In this document: piece after piece, positions 1 through 10,349 of the stretch | Numbering within the stretch: the first letter of the stretch is position 1 | Layout: each line of letters opens with the position of its first letter | IMG/VR virus record: IMGVR_UViG_3300020050_017898 | DNA length: 64,000 nucleotides | Source of the DNA: an uncultured virus (IMG/VR IMGVR_UViG_3300020050_017898) | Lineage: Duplodnaviria; Heunggongvirae; Uroviricota; Caudoviricetes | Reading direction: 5' to 3' (one strand) | Program-made: the position numbers and the translations under genes | Notes under the pieces: model-generated | Told to the model about the DNA's origin: nothing | Seen by the model: only the letters and a program-made list of their open reading frames with translations | Database searches by the model: none

Positions 1-601
1 GATTTTTAGTTGTAGTGTTTTTAAATTTATTAGAAGCTAATGTATTATCAAAGCCAATTGGTTTAAGAAAATCATCATAGCTAGGATTTTGTAATTTTAA
101 ACTATCAGGAATATTAGAATTTTGTGTTAAATCTCTTTTAACAGCCCCACTTACAAATCTGGTTCCTTCAGAAAATTCTGAAAAACTATCAAAATAACTA
201 TTATAAAAGCTATTATTTACATTGGTTTGAATAGTGATATTTTTTTTATTTTCACCTAAAACAATGTTATTTTTCTTAACTTTAAAAAAAGTATTATTGT
301 TGGAACTAATAGTAAAAGATTCATCATCTATATTAGTATTATCAAAATTTCTACTATAAAAACCAATACAATGATATTGACCACCTAACCCTTGAGCTAC
401 AATAACTGTAGTTCCTGTGCTAGGTAATCCTACGGCACTAATGTTTTTAGAATTCATAAAAGGTTGAGGAATAGAAACCGTAATATTGTTAGTAACTCCA
501 CCAACACTGAAGCCATCCACACTAACATCCATAGTATTTTTGCTAGGATTGACCGAAATAACTGTTCCTGTCTTTACTAATCCAACTTGTTCTGTTAGCA
601 T
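1..601 (-). CDS. Baseplate spike/puncturing protein, N-terminal OB-fold part (gp5/gpV-like); runs off the window edge
   Basis: Not in the ORF track. ATG at 601-599 overlaps the upstream stop (TAATG). Translation MLTEQVGLVKTGTVISVNPSKNTMDVSV...SIPQPF...GLPSTGTTVIVAQGLGGQYHCIGF fits the G-x-V-x-x-V...P-x-x-G-x-x-V OB-fold pattern of spike proteins. It lies directly after the hub-like gene. Confidence 0.6.
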   Translation of the reverse strand, partial: MLTEQVGLVKTGTVISVNPSKNTMDVSVDGFSVGGVTNNITVSIPQPFMNSKNISAVGLPSTGTTVIVAQGLGGQYHCIGFYSRNFDNTNIDDESFTISSNNNTFFKVKKNNIVLGENKKNITIQTNVNNSFYNSYFDSFSEFSEGTRFVSGAVKRDLTQNSNIPDSLKLQNPSYDDFLKPIGFDNTLASNKFKNTTTKN

Positions 602-3600
602 TAACTTTCCTCAAATTTTATTAATACGTCAAGAACTTGAGCGTATAAATGATCTAATAAATTAGCTGTTTTGGTATTTAGATATAAATCATGATTAATT
701 GACATAGCTTTTTGGGTAGGGCTCCGACTTTCCGATGGTCCCAATAAAACAGATACTACATTTATATCATCTTCACTCATAGGAGGAGCCCCGTTGAAAC
801 CTTGTGTTAATAGCGTTTTAAAGCTCTCGGCAGCTTTTATTGAAGCAATATTATCTCCTTCTTCTTCTTTACCATAAGCCCTAATTTCCACAGATACTTT
901 CATTTTAGTGTTACTAACTTTATATTTTTCAATCATCAAAGATGCGTCAAATAATAAATCAGTAATTAATTGGCTATTATTCTTAGAAAATCCTACTTTT
1001 GATTGACCAGGATCATTTAGATTAATGAAAGTATTGGATCCTTCTAGAATAAAAACCCCATATGGTTTATATGAATCAGTCTGTTGCTGTCTAAAATTAA
1101 TAAAAGTTTGATTATCACGATTCTTATAGAGAAGTTTTCCAACAACATCTAAAATAGTTGGAATATATTCTCCTGGAGCATGACCATAAGTTAATGTTAG
1201 ATCTGTTCCATAACTAAAACCTTCAGAGTAATTATGACTGACGCTATCAACATAAAATAATTTATTTTGACTTTCTAAGTAAACCACATCTCCTGCCTGA
1301 TAGTATTCATTTGCTACTAATGAAACATTGGCTGTTATTAATGTTTTTCTTATTTTATTTAATAACGAAACGGCATATGGCGCACATTGTGTTTCTGGAT
1401 TTGTAAAGAAAGGTAAATTAATATTATTAGTTTTTCTAGAACCATAGCGACGTAACATGTCAAAATCAATAGCTGTAGCTGAAACTAAACTATTTCCGCC
1501 TTGAAAGGTCCCAGCATCAAAAGATCCTTGACCTATAAAATCCCCAAGAATACCAGACACAGTAATAGAAGTAAATTGAGGCTCAGCATAATTTATAGTA
1601 AATGATTTAATTTTATCATCGGAAATAATGTATCTTTGACCTGAACCTGGACCCAGATCGTCATAACTTTCATCTTCAATTAATCCCGAATAAAGTTCAG
1701 GAATGTATTTACTAGGAGCATAAGAAAAAATAGTATCTTGTAAAGATTCTCCATCAATAGTATTAGCTTCTACTAGATTTTTCAAAGAAAAATGAAGAAC
1801 TTTTATCATTTTTTCTCGTTCTTTTAATAAACTATCCAAAGAATTTAAAGTTTTATATACATCTAATAAATTAGTAGCAAATGTACCTTGACCAATAGAG
1901 TTAGTATATTCTTTGGTGCTAAATTCCTCACCACGATTTCGCAATCTTTCAATAGCAGATCCACCATAAGTTCCATCAATCGGTCTTGGGGCAACAGGAT
2001 TTTTATTACCAGTAAGGTAGGTAAGAATGCTTAATTTTGGTTGAATTCCTAATTGACTAGATGTATATGTTTGTTTTTGAATGTCTTCAAAACCTGTATT
2101 ATTTTTTAAATCATCAATTGATCTAATATTTTTTATTGCCTCTATGTTAGAAAGCACTCCATTTGTGTCTGTTAAAAATTGAAAGCTACTTCTTTTTTTA
2201 GCCACATTAACGGTAGAATTAGATTGAATGAAAGCAGCCGCTTCAAAATCATTAGTAACCGAGAACCCCGAGACGGCGATCCCGCTAGAAAAAGAAGTAT
2301 TAAGAAAAGAACACACAATTCTAATACGATCTTCTAGTGATTCAATTTTGGCTGAAACAGTTTCTATCTGTAAACCAAACAAATCTTCTAGAAATTTTGG
2401 AAATATTCTGATTCCTGTTTTTGATTTTAATTCCATCATTCGGTAAAATACTGAGCTAGGAATTTTATTGTACTGTGGAGGACGAATAACTATATGACCC
2501 TGGCTATTAGAAAAACACTCTAATTCAAGCAGTGAAGCTACACTATCAACTTTTTCTCTTGGAGTCAGATACTCGCTATCAAACGGTTTAATGTTATTAG
2601 CAATACCATTTTCAAATGCAGCAATATCATAATCTTTATCATATGAATCATCAATAATTAGATAATTAGTATCATCATTTGATCTTACATTATAAGATAA
2701 TCTTCTTGTTAGGAAGCCTACTTTTTTCTTTATATTCTTTCTCGATTCTTGATTGTTCAATGGATCCATTGAACTAATATCATCTACATCTAATACAGAG
2801 TTAGGAATCTCTATCTTTTGTACGGCGGCGCTCGCTTCACTGATGATATCATTAGCATTATTAGTCAAAGTAGATAATCTATCTTTTAGAATAGTTACTT
2901 GATCTGTACTGTCGCCGCCTTGACCCTCTCCAGCAATACGTAATTCCGCACTCAACTGAGAAACTTCTGACATAATTTCGCTAACTTTTTCATTAGCTGT
3001 TTCTGTTATAGATTGTTTTAGAAGTAAATTACGGTAAGTTTGTTCATTACTTGTATAATTTTTAAATGGAACAAAATTTCCATATAAACGATTTACTTTT
3101 CTTAGATCTGTTCTAAATTTATCAAAAAAAGATGATCCTGCAACAGTATTACCTAATTTATCTGTTTGACTAGTATTATAATTTTTAATACCCTTTAAAT
3201 AGGTAGCATAGTTATAAGGAACACCACTAATCAATAAACTAAGTGTGTTCATTACATCTTGACCAGCAAATGGATTATTGGCGATATTAGGAGCACCAAT
3301 TCTGGCTGGCTCTGCTAAATCATCAAATTTACCAAATTGCGTTAATACACTGATACCCTCTTTATGACGATATACTAAGCCGTCGGGAGCATAGAAAGCT
3401 CTATTAATTCTGCCCTGTTTATCAACATAAACATCACCAAATAAATTTTCAAAATTAGCTGGTCGACCAGCTAATGGACCACTTTTGATTTTTATTTGAT
3501 CTGGATTTTTAGTTAGTAAAGCTTTATTTTCATCTAGCAAATCATTAGGCTTATAATCTTTACTAAAGACATTGCTATCAAATTTGCTTTTAAATGGAGT

Positions 3601-5277
3601 AAGAACGTCATATAATGATCCATTGAAAACATCAACAGATGGTTGACTATTAACTTGACCAAATGAAAGGTATTTTTTATTATCTGTCATGTTAACAGTG
3701 GTAGTATACACACCATTATTATACTGAACATTGGCATTAGTAACTAATCCACAAAAAATTGATATACCAGTTTTTTCTGTAACAAACTGTTCTCTTAGCA
3801 TTGTCCATAATACATTGGGAAAATCTGGACCAGCAAAAACGGCTTTTTCTATTTCGTAATTAGTACCGCCCGCTCCAAATATTCCAGCAATTTGATTAAA
3901 AGTTTCTTTTATATTAGCAACACTATTTGAAACAGATTGTATCACAGTTAACTTATTAAAATTATCACGTAATGAACTTATTTTACTATCAACTTGATGT
4001 TTACTATTCACGTAAATATGAACTACATCATTAACATCAATAATATTTCTAGTTAAAAACCAGAAAATCATTTTTTTACGTACATAATTTATTGGAGTAT
4101 CTTGATCACCTTCTCTTGGACCAAAATTAACTAAACTTTTAGTAACTGTATCATAAGACATTTTATTGAAAATGTCTTTAATAATTTTGTTAACAAAATA
4201 AAGCTCTTTGTTATTTTTATTAACTCCCTCATCACCAATGACTGATGGCTGTTCATTAGTTAAAATAAAGCCATTGACAATGCCATTATTAATATTACCT
4301 GTGTCAAATGGAATTTCAATGCCCAATCGATCATTAATAATGGTTAAACGCTTACCAAAAATAGTATTACTATTTATTTTAAATGTTAATTGACCAACTC
4401 CGCGAGACTGTCTTAAAGAATTTAATTGATCCATGTTAGATTTAATAACATCATCATTAACATTATTAAGTGTGGACAAAAATTTACTATTATAAAAAGC
4501 ATTACCAGCATCACTAATAGCTTTTTCTATATCATTTAAAGTAATAATATTTAAATTGTAGGGATCATTGATTGATAAATTTCCTCCTCCATCCTGACTA
4601 ACACTTATAGTAGTGCTAAAACTTCTAACATTTGTTAATTCCAATACACCTGTACCAGCACCAATAACGCTAGATAAAGCAGTATCATCAGTAATCCAGC
4701 TAGTAAATGTAGCAGGTTTATTGTAAATTGTTAATTTTTTTATTTTATCAGTTGTAGCTTTCAATGATCCAATTGAATCATTATCAGGAAAGAAAGAACT
4801 TAATATATCTACTGACCCACTGATAATTCCAAATAAATCAGTATCCACCTTTCCTGTTAAATCAACTATTGCTGAAGCTTTAGTCAATCTTTCGTAGGCT
4901 GCGATAGCTTTGCATTTATTTTGAAATAAAGTTTTGACGCTTTTATAAAAAAGTTTTTCACTTTCATCTAGATAGTTTAAAGCAAAACTATCTGACAAAG
5001 AAGAAAACATTGCTTTTTTTACAAAAATAGTATAAGAGGGTTCTTGCCAATGTGTTTGAGTTTTTTGTGGCAATACAGAAAAACTATCATATTCCAAATA
5101 TCCCTTTTCACTATATGATCGTTCTTCTGAGGCATCAATTGTATTAGCTTTAGATCCTAGATTAGCATAAAGATTTCTTTTTCCATTTTCTACTGTAGAT
5201 AAATCAATATTTTGATTTTCACCAAATTTTAATTGATCATTAAGAAATGAATTTAATCCATTTAAAATGTTTGACAT
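601..5277 (-). CDS. Large baseplate hub protein (gp27/gp44-like, with long insertions)
   Basis: 1558 aa between tube initiator and spike. Hub-like segments: IFCGLVTNANV, ELECFSNSQGHIVIRPPQYN, and C-terminal TANVSLVANEYYQAGDVVYL...FYVDSVSHNYS...TDLTLTYG. Confidence 0.65.
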   Translation of the reverse strand: MSNILNGLNSFLNDQLKFGENQNIDLSTVENGKRNLYANLGSKANTIDASEERSYSEKGYLEYDSFSVLPQKTQTHWQEPSYTIFVKKAMFSSLSDSFALNYLDESEKLFYKSVKTLFQNKCKAIAAYERLTKASAIVDLTGKVDTDLFGIISGSVDILSSFFPDNDSIGSLKATTDKIKKLTIYNKPATFTSWITDDTALSSVIGAGTGVLELTNVRSFSTTISVSQDGGGNLSINDPYNLNIITLNDIEKAISDAGNAFYNSKFLSTLNNVNDDVIKSNMDQLNSLRQSRGVGQLTFKINSNTIFGKRLTIINDRLGIEIPFDTGNINNGIVNGFILTNEQPSVIGDEGVNKNNKELYFVNKIIKDIFNKMSYDTVTKSLVNFGPREGDQDTPINYVRKKMIFWFLTRNIIDVNDVVHIYVNSKHQVDSKISSLRDNFNKLTVIQSVSNSVANIKETFNQIAGIFGAGGTNYEIEKAVFAGPDFPNVLWTMLREQFVTEKTGISIFCGLVTNANVQYNNGVYTTTVNMTDNKKYLSFGQVNSQPSVDVFNGSLYDVLTPFKSKFDSNVFSKDYKPNDLLDENKALLTKNPDQIKIKSGPLAGRPANFENLFGDVYVDKQGRINRAFYAPDGLVYRHKEGISVLTQFGKFDDLAEPARIGAPNIANNPFAGQDVMNTLSLLISGVPYNYATYLKGIKNYNTSQTDKLGNTVAGSSFFDKFRTDLRKVNRLYGNFVPFKNYTSNEQTYRNLLLKQSITETANEKVSEIMSEVSQLSAELRIAGEGQGGDSTDQVTILKDRLSTLTNNANDIISEASAAVQKIEIPNSVLDVDDISSMDPLNNQESRKNIKKKVGFLTRRLSYNVRSNDDTNYLIIDDSYDKDYDIAAFENGIANNIKPFDSEYLTPREKVDSVASLLELECFSNSQGHIVIRPPQYNKIPSSVFYRMMELKSKTGIRIFPKFLEDLFGLQIETVSAKIESLEDRIRIVCSFLNTSFSSGIAVSGFSVTNDFEAAAFIQSNSTVNVAKKRSSFQFLTDTNGVLSNIEAIKNIRSIDDLKNNTGFEDIQKQTYTSSQLGIQPKLSILTYLTGNKNPVAPRPIDGTYGGSAIERLRNRGEEFSTKEYTNSIGQGTFATNLLDVYKTLNSLDSLLKEREKMIKVLHFSLKNLVEANTIDGESLQDTIFSYAPSKYIPELYSGLIEDESYDDLGPGSGQRYIISDDKIKSFTINYAEPQFTSITVSGILGDFIGQGSFDAGTFQGGNSLVSATAIDFDMLRRYGSRKTNNINLPFFTNPETQCAPYAVSLLNKIRKTLITANVSLVANEYYQAGDVVYLESQNKLFYVDSVSHNYSEGFSYGTDLTLTYGHAPGEYIPTILDVVGKLLYKNRDNQTFINFRQQQTDSYKPYGVFILEGSNTFINLNDPGQSKVGFSKNNSQLITDLLFDASLMIEKYKVSNTKMKVSVEIRAYGKEEEGDNIASIKAAESFKTLLTQGFNGAPPMSEDDINVVSVLLGPSESRSPTQKAMSINHDLYLNTKTANLLDHLYAQVLDVLIKFEES

Positions 5278-5278
5278 A

Positions 5279-6133
5279 TTAACCTTTGAAGCTTAGAGGA
5301 ACTCCTAATTGATTGCCATTATAAGAATCAGCCGGATCAACATTATTAGATGGTCCACTGTTAGCTGATCGATGGTGAGCAAAGTAATTTCCTCTATATC
5401 CTCGTCTTTGAGTTACTGCAAAATTCATATTATAATTCCAAAGAAAATTATCAGCTGATTCAGTGATACTGAGATTTTCAAAGTATCCTCTGTATACCCA
5501 ACCCATGTAATACATCTCTATACCAAAAGCAATAGAAGCTAAAGTTGGAATATTGCTATTAATGCCTCCAGCCAAACCCGTTGTTCCGGTTTGACCAAAT
5601 AAAGCATCAGCTATTCCTGACCCAATTGCACCGGCGTTTCCACCACCTAGAAATGATCCCACTTCACTAGATAAGTCATTAGTGGCTGCGTATAATTGTA
5701 CAGCCATAGGATCAAAAGCAATTTGTTCAGCTCGATAAATCTCATACAATACATTCATTCCTTCAATTCCGGAACTACCAGTATTACCAGAAATAGCTAG
5801 AGTTGGCAAATCTTCTCCAAAATATTGAAGAGAATATCCATTTTTCGTTTTTTCTTTATTTATTAATTTGCGATATTGATAATTAATAGACTGTGGATTA
5901 ACATACATTTCTACCACACCTATTTCTGGAATAAACCAATGAATAATATTTCTTTTATAGGCACCATCTGATCTAGTAGGAACCACTTGGCTGCTAGGTA
6001 AATAAGCTCCAGTGTTAGGATTACTATTTGGTTGTAGTTGATTATTAGCAAAGTTGTTAGCTTTATTTAAACCATCAACTATTCCTTCAGCTGTTGTTCC
6101 AACACTATTTAACAGTTTACCAATAGAAACCAT
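5279..6133 (-). CDS. Baseplate/tail tube initiator-like protein
   Basis: 284 aa right after the tape measure. MYVNPQSINYQYRK...GEDLPTLAISGNTG...VYRGYFENLSITES...WNYNMNF is typical of tube-fold initiator proteins. Confidence 0.6.
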   Translation of the reverse strand: MVSIGKLLNSVGTTAEGIVDGLNKANNFANNQLQPNSNPNTGAYLPSSQVVPTRSDGAYKRNIIHWFIPEIGVVEMYVNPQSINYQYRKLINKEKTKNGYSLQYFGEDLPTLAISGNTGSSGIEGMNVLYEIYRAEQIAFDPMAVQLYAATNDLSSEVGSFLGGGNAGAIGSGIADALFGQTGTTGLAGGINSNIPTLASIAFGIEMYYMGWVYRGYFENLSITESADNFLWNYNMNFAVTQRRGYRGNYFAHHRSANSGPSNNVDPADSYNGNQLGVPLSFKG

Positions 6134-6142
6134 AGATACGCC

Positions 6143-8575
6143 TTATTTTAAATTCTTACCAATACCAGCAGCAGGATTAAGTGCTAACACATTTTTAGAA
6201 ATAAGCTCTTGCTTACCACATACCTTACAATGACCCGAAATATCTATTTCTATAGAATGTTTAAACTCAGCTGCTTGTGGAGATTGTTCTTTATTAGCAG
6301 GTGTTGGTGACTTATCAGTATCTTTAGATTGTTTAGCAACTTTTAATGCCGTACTAGCTCCTCTTTCAGCGACAACTGGTAATTTATTTTCTTCTGACTG
6401 CTTTTTAACTTCTTGACCATATCGCTTTTGTAACTCTGCTGTTAGAGCATCAACATCTGCAGGTTTTTCTTTATTAATAACTTTTGCAACAGATTTATTT
6501 GCTGTATTTGTTGTATTTGTTGTATTATTTGTTGTAGCTACAGCATGGCGGGCAGCATGGCGGGCAGCAATGGCTGCCTCTTTCATTTTATCATCGTTCG
6601 CAGGAATTGTTCCTGTCACAGTATTAATTCCTCTTTGGGTTGTAGCATTTGCATGTTTTGATGGATGTGGTGGTATTGATGGGGTGGTATGATTTTTGTT
6701 TGGTTCAGCCTGTGTATTAGTAGTAGTGACGTTATTTTTTATTGTTTCTCTAAAGGCTTTTGTTTGATGTAAAACTCTACTTCCTAATTCTTTTACATCA
6801 ATAAGTTCTGATAAATCTCCAATTGGTTCTGGTTTGCCTTCTTTTTGTCTAGATACTCTCTTGCCTGCTAATACTCTGGCGGTAGATTGTCTATCTCTAA
6901 TATCTTTTTTCATCTCAGTTAACTCTGGGGTATCAGTTGGAGATGCTCCTCCAGTCATTGTACCAATACCCTCCAAACCTTTTGAAAATCCACGCTTTTT
7001 GAACTCAATTTCCAAAGCGCGTTTCATATCTAATAAAATATTATTTCCTCTTAAACCAATCTCATTTCCTTTCTCAATTGGACCAACTAAACTATCGCTT
7101 GCATCTTTAGCAAGCTGTGGTTTGTTTTCACCTGAAAGAACAGATTTCTCTCCACGCTTAAAGGATTCCAAAACTTTAGAAGCTTCAGCATCAGATCCAA
7201 CTATATTTCCTAAAGGTCCTTGTCTTAATAATGTTCTTTGTTTTGTAAACACAGATGCATCTTCCTGTGTTTTAACATCTCCAAGAGTCATTATTTTTCC
7301 ATTAAATTGTTTTTGAAGAGTAGATTTTACTTTATCAAAAACTTCATCCATTTTGCCTTCACTTAGCATTTTTTCTATTTGTATGCCACCTAGCAATCCG
7401 CCAGGACCACCTGTTTGAGCCGATAAAAATGATTTTTGTGCTAGGCTTAATTTTTCTACTGAATTGCTAAATCCTGTAATTATATTTTGACTGTCCTTAG
7501 CTGAGACACCACTCTGACGAAGATTATCATAAAATTTTAAACTCATTTTACTTGCAGCGTCAACGTTGTTACCATACAATCGATATGTATTAGATATGTC
7601 ATGTATTAAACCTTTAGCTACGCTTAGTGGCATATTACCAACCTTAGATACTTCTGCTATTCTAGAAGAATATTCTATAGCTTTTTGTGCCGAGAAACCA
7701 AATTCATTTAAAGCAACATTTACTTCGGCTTGAACTTCTGTAAATGATCTTCCACTTCCTCTAGCCAAATTAACTGCGCCTTCTAAAAGAGACATTGTTT
7801 TGACAGCATTTCCACCAACTTTTATAGTTTCCCCTAATGTTCCGGGAATTTCGCCAAATTTTTTGTTTAAGTCTTCTACTTGTTTTATTGATAAACCTAA
7901 AGATTTAGATAATTCTATATTAGTAGCAACATCTGCTTTTAAATAATTTCCTACATTTTCAAAATTTTCGCCGACCCCAGAAAAGAACTTATTCAAATCA
8001 CCACGTGTAGCAGCTAATTCCATCAATGATGTTCGGTAATTTTCAATGCCGTCTGCGCTTTCCATAATATCTTCCATTTGACCTGATAAAAACCTTAAAG
8101 TGCTTCCGCCGCCAAGTTTTGATAAAATTCCACTACCCGGTAAATTTTTACCTGATTCATTAATCATATTTTTAATATCATTAATTGATTCTTTAGTTGT
8201 ACTTCTTGTATCATCTGCAACTGATTTGGTATAATTATTAAAAGCAAAAGCAGCAGCAGTCATATGTTTTGAAATTTCTGATGTTGCAGACAATAAATCT
8301 TTATTTCCAGCTATTGCCTCTTTACCAGTTTTAACTACTGCGGCTCCTGCTCCAATAACTGCTGCGGTAGCTTTTTTTGTATGATCACTAATAACGTTTG
8401 AACTATCTTTAACTGCATTAGATGCAGTACCAAATTGTGTTTTAGTATTGTTAGCATACTTTGAATTTACTTCTGAAGCTTCTCTAATAGCTTCATTACG
8501 TTTTTCTAAAGCTTCTTTTGCTTCCTCAGCAGCTAGTTCTTCTTCAAGTTTTTTAAGCTCTTCTTCTTCGTTCAT
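6143..8575 (-). CDS. Tape measure protein
   Basis: 810 aa, helical and Ala/Gly/Ser/Lys-rich, directly downstream of the tail chaperone pair. Confidence 0.65.
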   Translation of the reverse strand: MNEEEELKKLEEELAAEEAKEALEKRNEAIREASEVNSKYANNTKTQFGTASNAVKDSSNVISDHTKKATAAVIGAGAAVVKTGKEAIAGNKDLLSATSEISKHMTAAAFAFNNYTKSVADDTRSTTKESINDIKNMINESGKNLPGSGILSKLGGGSTLRFLSGQMEDIMESADGIENYRTSLMELAATRGDLNKFFSGVGENFENVGNYLKADVATNIELSKSLGLSIKQVEDLNKKFGEIPGTLGETIKVGGNAVKTMSLLEGAVNLARGSGRSFTEVQAEVNVALNEFGFSAQKAIEYSSRIAEVSKVGNMPLSVAKGLIHDISNTYRLYGNNVDAASKMSLKFYDNLRQSGVSAKDSQNIITGFSNSVEKLSLAQKSFLSAQTGGPGGLLGGIQIEKMLSEGKMDEVFDKVKSTLQKQFNGKIMTLGDVKTQEDASVFTKQRTLLRQGPLGNIVGSDAEASKVLESFKRGEKSVLSGENKPQLAKDASDSLVGPIEKGNEIGLRGNNILLDMKRALEIEFKKRGFSKGLEGIGTMTGGASPTDTPELTEMKKDIRDRQSTARVLAGKRVSRQKEGKPEPIGDLSELIDVKELGSRVLHQTKAFRETIKNNVTTTNTQAEPNKNHTTPSIPPHPSKHANATTQRGINTVTGTIPANDDKMKEAAIAARHAARHAVATTNNTTNTTNTANKSVAKVINKEKPADVDALTAELQKRYGQEVKKQSEENKLPVVAERGASTALKVAKQSKDTDKSPTPANKEQSPQAAEFKHSIEIDISGHCKVCGKQELISKNVLALNPAAGIGKNLK

Positions 8576-8910
8576 TTTCTAGAAAGTTTCCTTCTTCTTT
8601 TTGGCTGATTATTAGCTTGAAACGTTGGCGAATTTGATAACATATCAAATGTTTTATCAAAATCTTCAGTAGAAGATTTTTTAGCATTGGCGCCGAGAAG
8701 TTTTTTGATAGCTTCTGGATTTATAAATCCACCAATAATGTAAGCGTGATCTTTTGCTAACTCAAATCTTTCATTGTTTTTTTGAATCCAATGAAAGAAA
8801 AAGAACAATTTATGAACTGGACTCATTTCTGTTATACGCTTATCATCTGGAAGACATGCAAACATCTCACAAAGAAAAAACAGAAACTGATATTCCAGTT
8901 CATTTACGCT
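8572..8910 (-). CDS. Tail assembly chaperone, frameshift-extended (T-like) portion
   Basis: The track ORF 8572-8865 stays open back to 8910 (SVNELEYQFLFFLCEMFACLPDD...). It is in the -1 frame of the upstream gene, at an A-AAA-AAA run. Confidence 0.65.
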   Translation of the reverse strand, partial: SVNELEYQFLFFLCEMFACLPDDKRITEMSPVHKLFFFFHWIQKNNERFELAKDHAYIIGGFINPEAIKKLLGANAKKSSTEDFDKTFDMLSNSPTFQANNQPKRRRKLSRK

Positions 8911-9623
8911 TTTTTTATTTCTTCAATCAATTTATTAAATTCATCTTCAGTTTTAACGCCATACTTTTTTTCGCATTCTTCCTGAAATAAAAGAATCTCT
9001 TGATGTAGACGCATTACAATTTTATCATCTATTTTTTTAACAAGATAAAGTCTAAACTCCAATGAGTCTTTTCCAAAAATTTGCTCTATTGTCATATTAC
9101 TTACATTATCAATAGACTGAGCTACCATATAATCTCTAATAATAGATGACTCTTCAATCTTAAATTTAGCCTCAGTAGCTGCCAAAATAGATCTCATTTG
9201 CTCTTCATTGTTTAAATTTTTAATAGTGAATCTAAGCACATCATCTATTACTATTTCTTTTTTAATAATAGTACTATGAAGAAGAGAATCTAATTTACGT
9301 TGAATTAGATTCACAGTTTGTCGTGGGTCTCGCATTGGCTGTTGAAAATTTGTTGACTGAAAAGTTTGCTGCTGTGGTTGCTGATAAGGATTTGTAAATG
9401 ATGGTTGTCCAGGGAAAAGATCCTCATGAGTAGCTTGAGGTGGAAATGGATCAGCTGGAACATTTTGCTGTTGATTAGCAAAGAAACTTTGATTATACAT
9501 TTCTTGACTAGGTTTATCAATATACTCAGAGGGCATAGATGCTCCATCAGGAATTGTATAATTTCTTTGAGGCTGAGCGGGACCAGAATTTCTTCGACCA
9601 ATGGATGATTTAAATTGTGTCAT
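8904..9623 (-). CDS. Tail assembly chaperone (G-like)
   Basis: 239 aa between tube and tape measure. Pro/Gln-rich N-terminus; ends EEIKKA over a slippery A7 run. Confidence 0.65.
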   Translation of the reverse strand: MTQFKSSIGRRNSGPAQPQRNYTIPDGASMPSEYIDKPSQEMYNQSFFANQQQNVPADPFPPQATHEDLFPGQPSFTNPYQQPQQQTFQSTNFQQPMRDPRQTVNLIQRKLDSLLHSTIIKKEIVIDDVLRFTIKNLNNEEQMRSILAATEAKFKIEESSIIRDYMVAQSIDNVSNMTIEQIFGKDSLEFRLYLVKKIDDKIVMRLHQEILLFQEECEKKYGVKTEDEFNKLIEEIKKA

Positions 9624-9647
9624 GTCGTTTATATAACGTAATATAAC

Positions 9648-9678
9648 AAAAAGAGAGGAATATATCCTCTCTTTTTTT
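9648..9678 (-). terminator. Intrinsic terminator after the tail tube gene (probably bidirectional)
   Basis: aaaaagagagga-atata-tcctctcttttt: inverted repeat with A and T tracts on either side. Confidence 0.75.
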
Positions 9679-9699
9679 AAAACCTTATATTAATATAAA

Positions 9700-10335
9700 T
9701 TAAAAACCTGAATTAGATCCACTAAGAACAAGATCAATAAGACCAGGAGCATCAAGACCACCACGGCGTTTGCCAAGATCAGCAGCTTCTTCGATAGCAT
9801 CATGAGGATAAACTTTAATTTTACCATCTCCACCAGTAGCAGCGGAAGTGCCATTAGGACGGAAAGAAAAAATATGTTCAGCACTCCAATTGCAAGATTC
9901 AGTAATGAGCCAATTGCTCGCATCAAGACTGTATGAAAGACTTTCAAACCAAACGTTTTTAATTATAGTAATAATTTGGTTGTTTGGCTGTTCTTTTTGA
10001 ATATCTTGAATTTCAATATCAAAAGGATAACGTTGAGCTGCAAGATGTAGATATCCACGACTCATGGCTTCAGTTAGTCGCATTCTATCATAACGAATTC
10101 TTGATACAGATCCTGATACTTTGGTTGAAGAAGTAGGAGTAGAGTCAATAAATCCATCACTACCTAATTCAGCAATCATGCTAATACTTCTTGATTCGCT
10201 TACGTTTATGTTTTGAATAGCTCCTATTGGGGTCCCTGCGACTTTTAGAATCATATGAGTAGATAGAGATGTACTCGTTCTATTGTCACCGTTCGGGAAT
10301 GTATAGGTGCTATTTGTATTGGGTGCATTTGCCAT
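9700..10335 (-). CDS. Tail tube protein
   Basis: 211 aa directly after the sheath. IGAIQNINVSESRSI...KVSGSVSRIR...PFDIEIQD...IKNVWFESLSY...ITESCNWSAE is a tube-fold pattern. AGGA RBS present. Confidence 0.8.
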   Translation of the reverse strand: MANAPNTNSTYTFPNGDNRTSTSLSTHMILKVAGTPIGAIQNINVSESRSISMIAELGSDGFIDSTPTSSTKVSGSVSRIRYDRMRLTEAMSRGYLHLAAQRYPFDIEIQDIQKEQPNNQIITIIKNVWFESLSYSLDASNWLITESCNWSAEHIFSFRPNGTSAATGGDGKIKVYPHDAIEEAADLGKRRGGLDAPGLIDLVLSGSNSGF

Positions 10336-10349
10336 TTATTTATAATCCT

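Noticed and set aside
6500..6570. Short tandem repeats in the tape measure gene (AARH x2, TTN runs)
   Set aside because: Ordinary in-frame slippage repeats in a disordered region.
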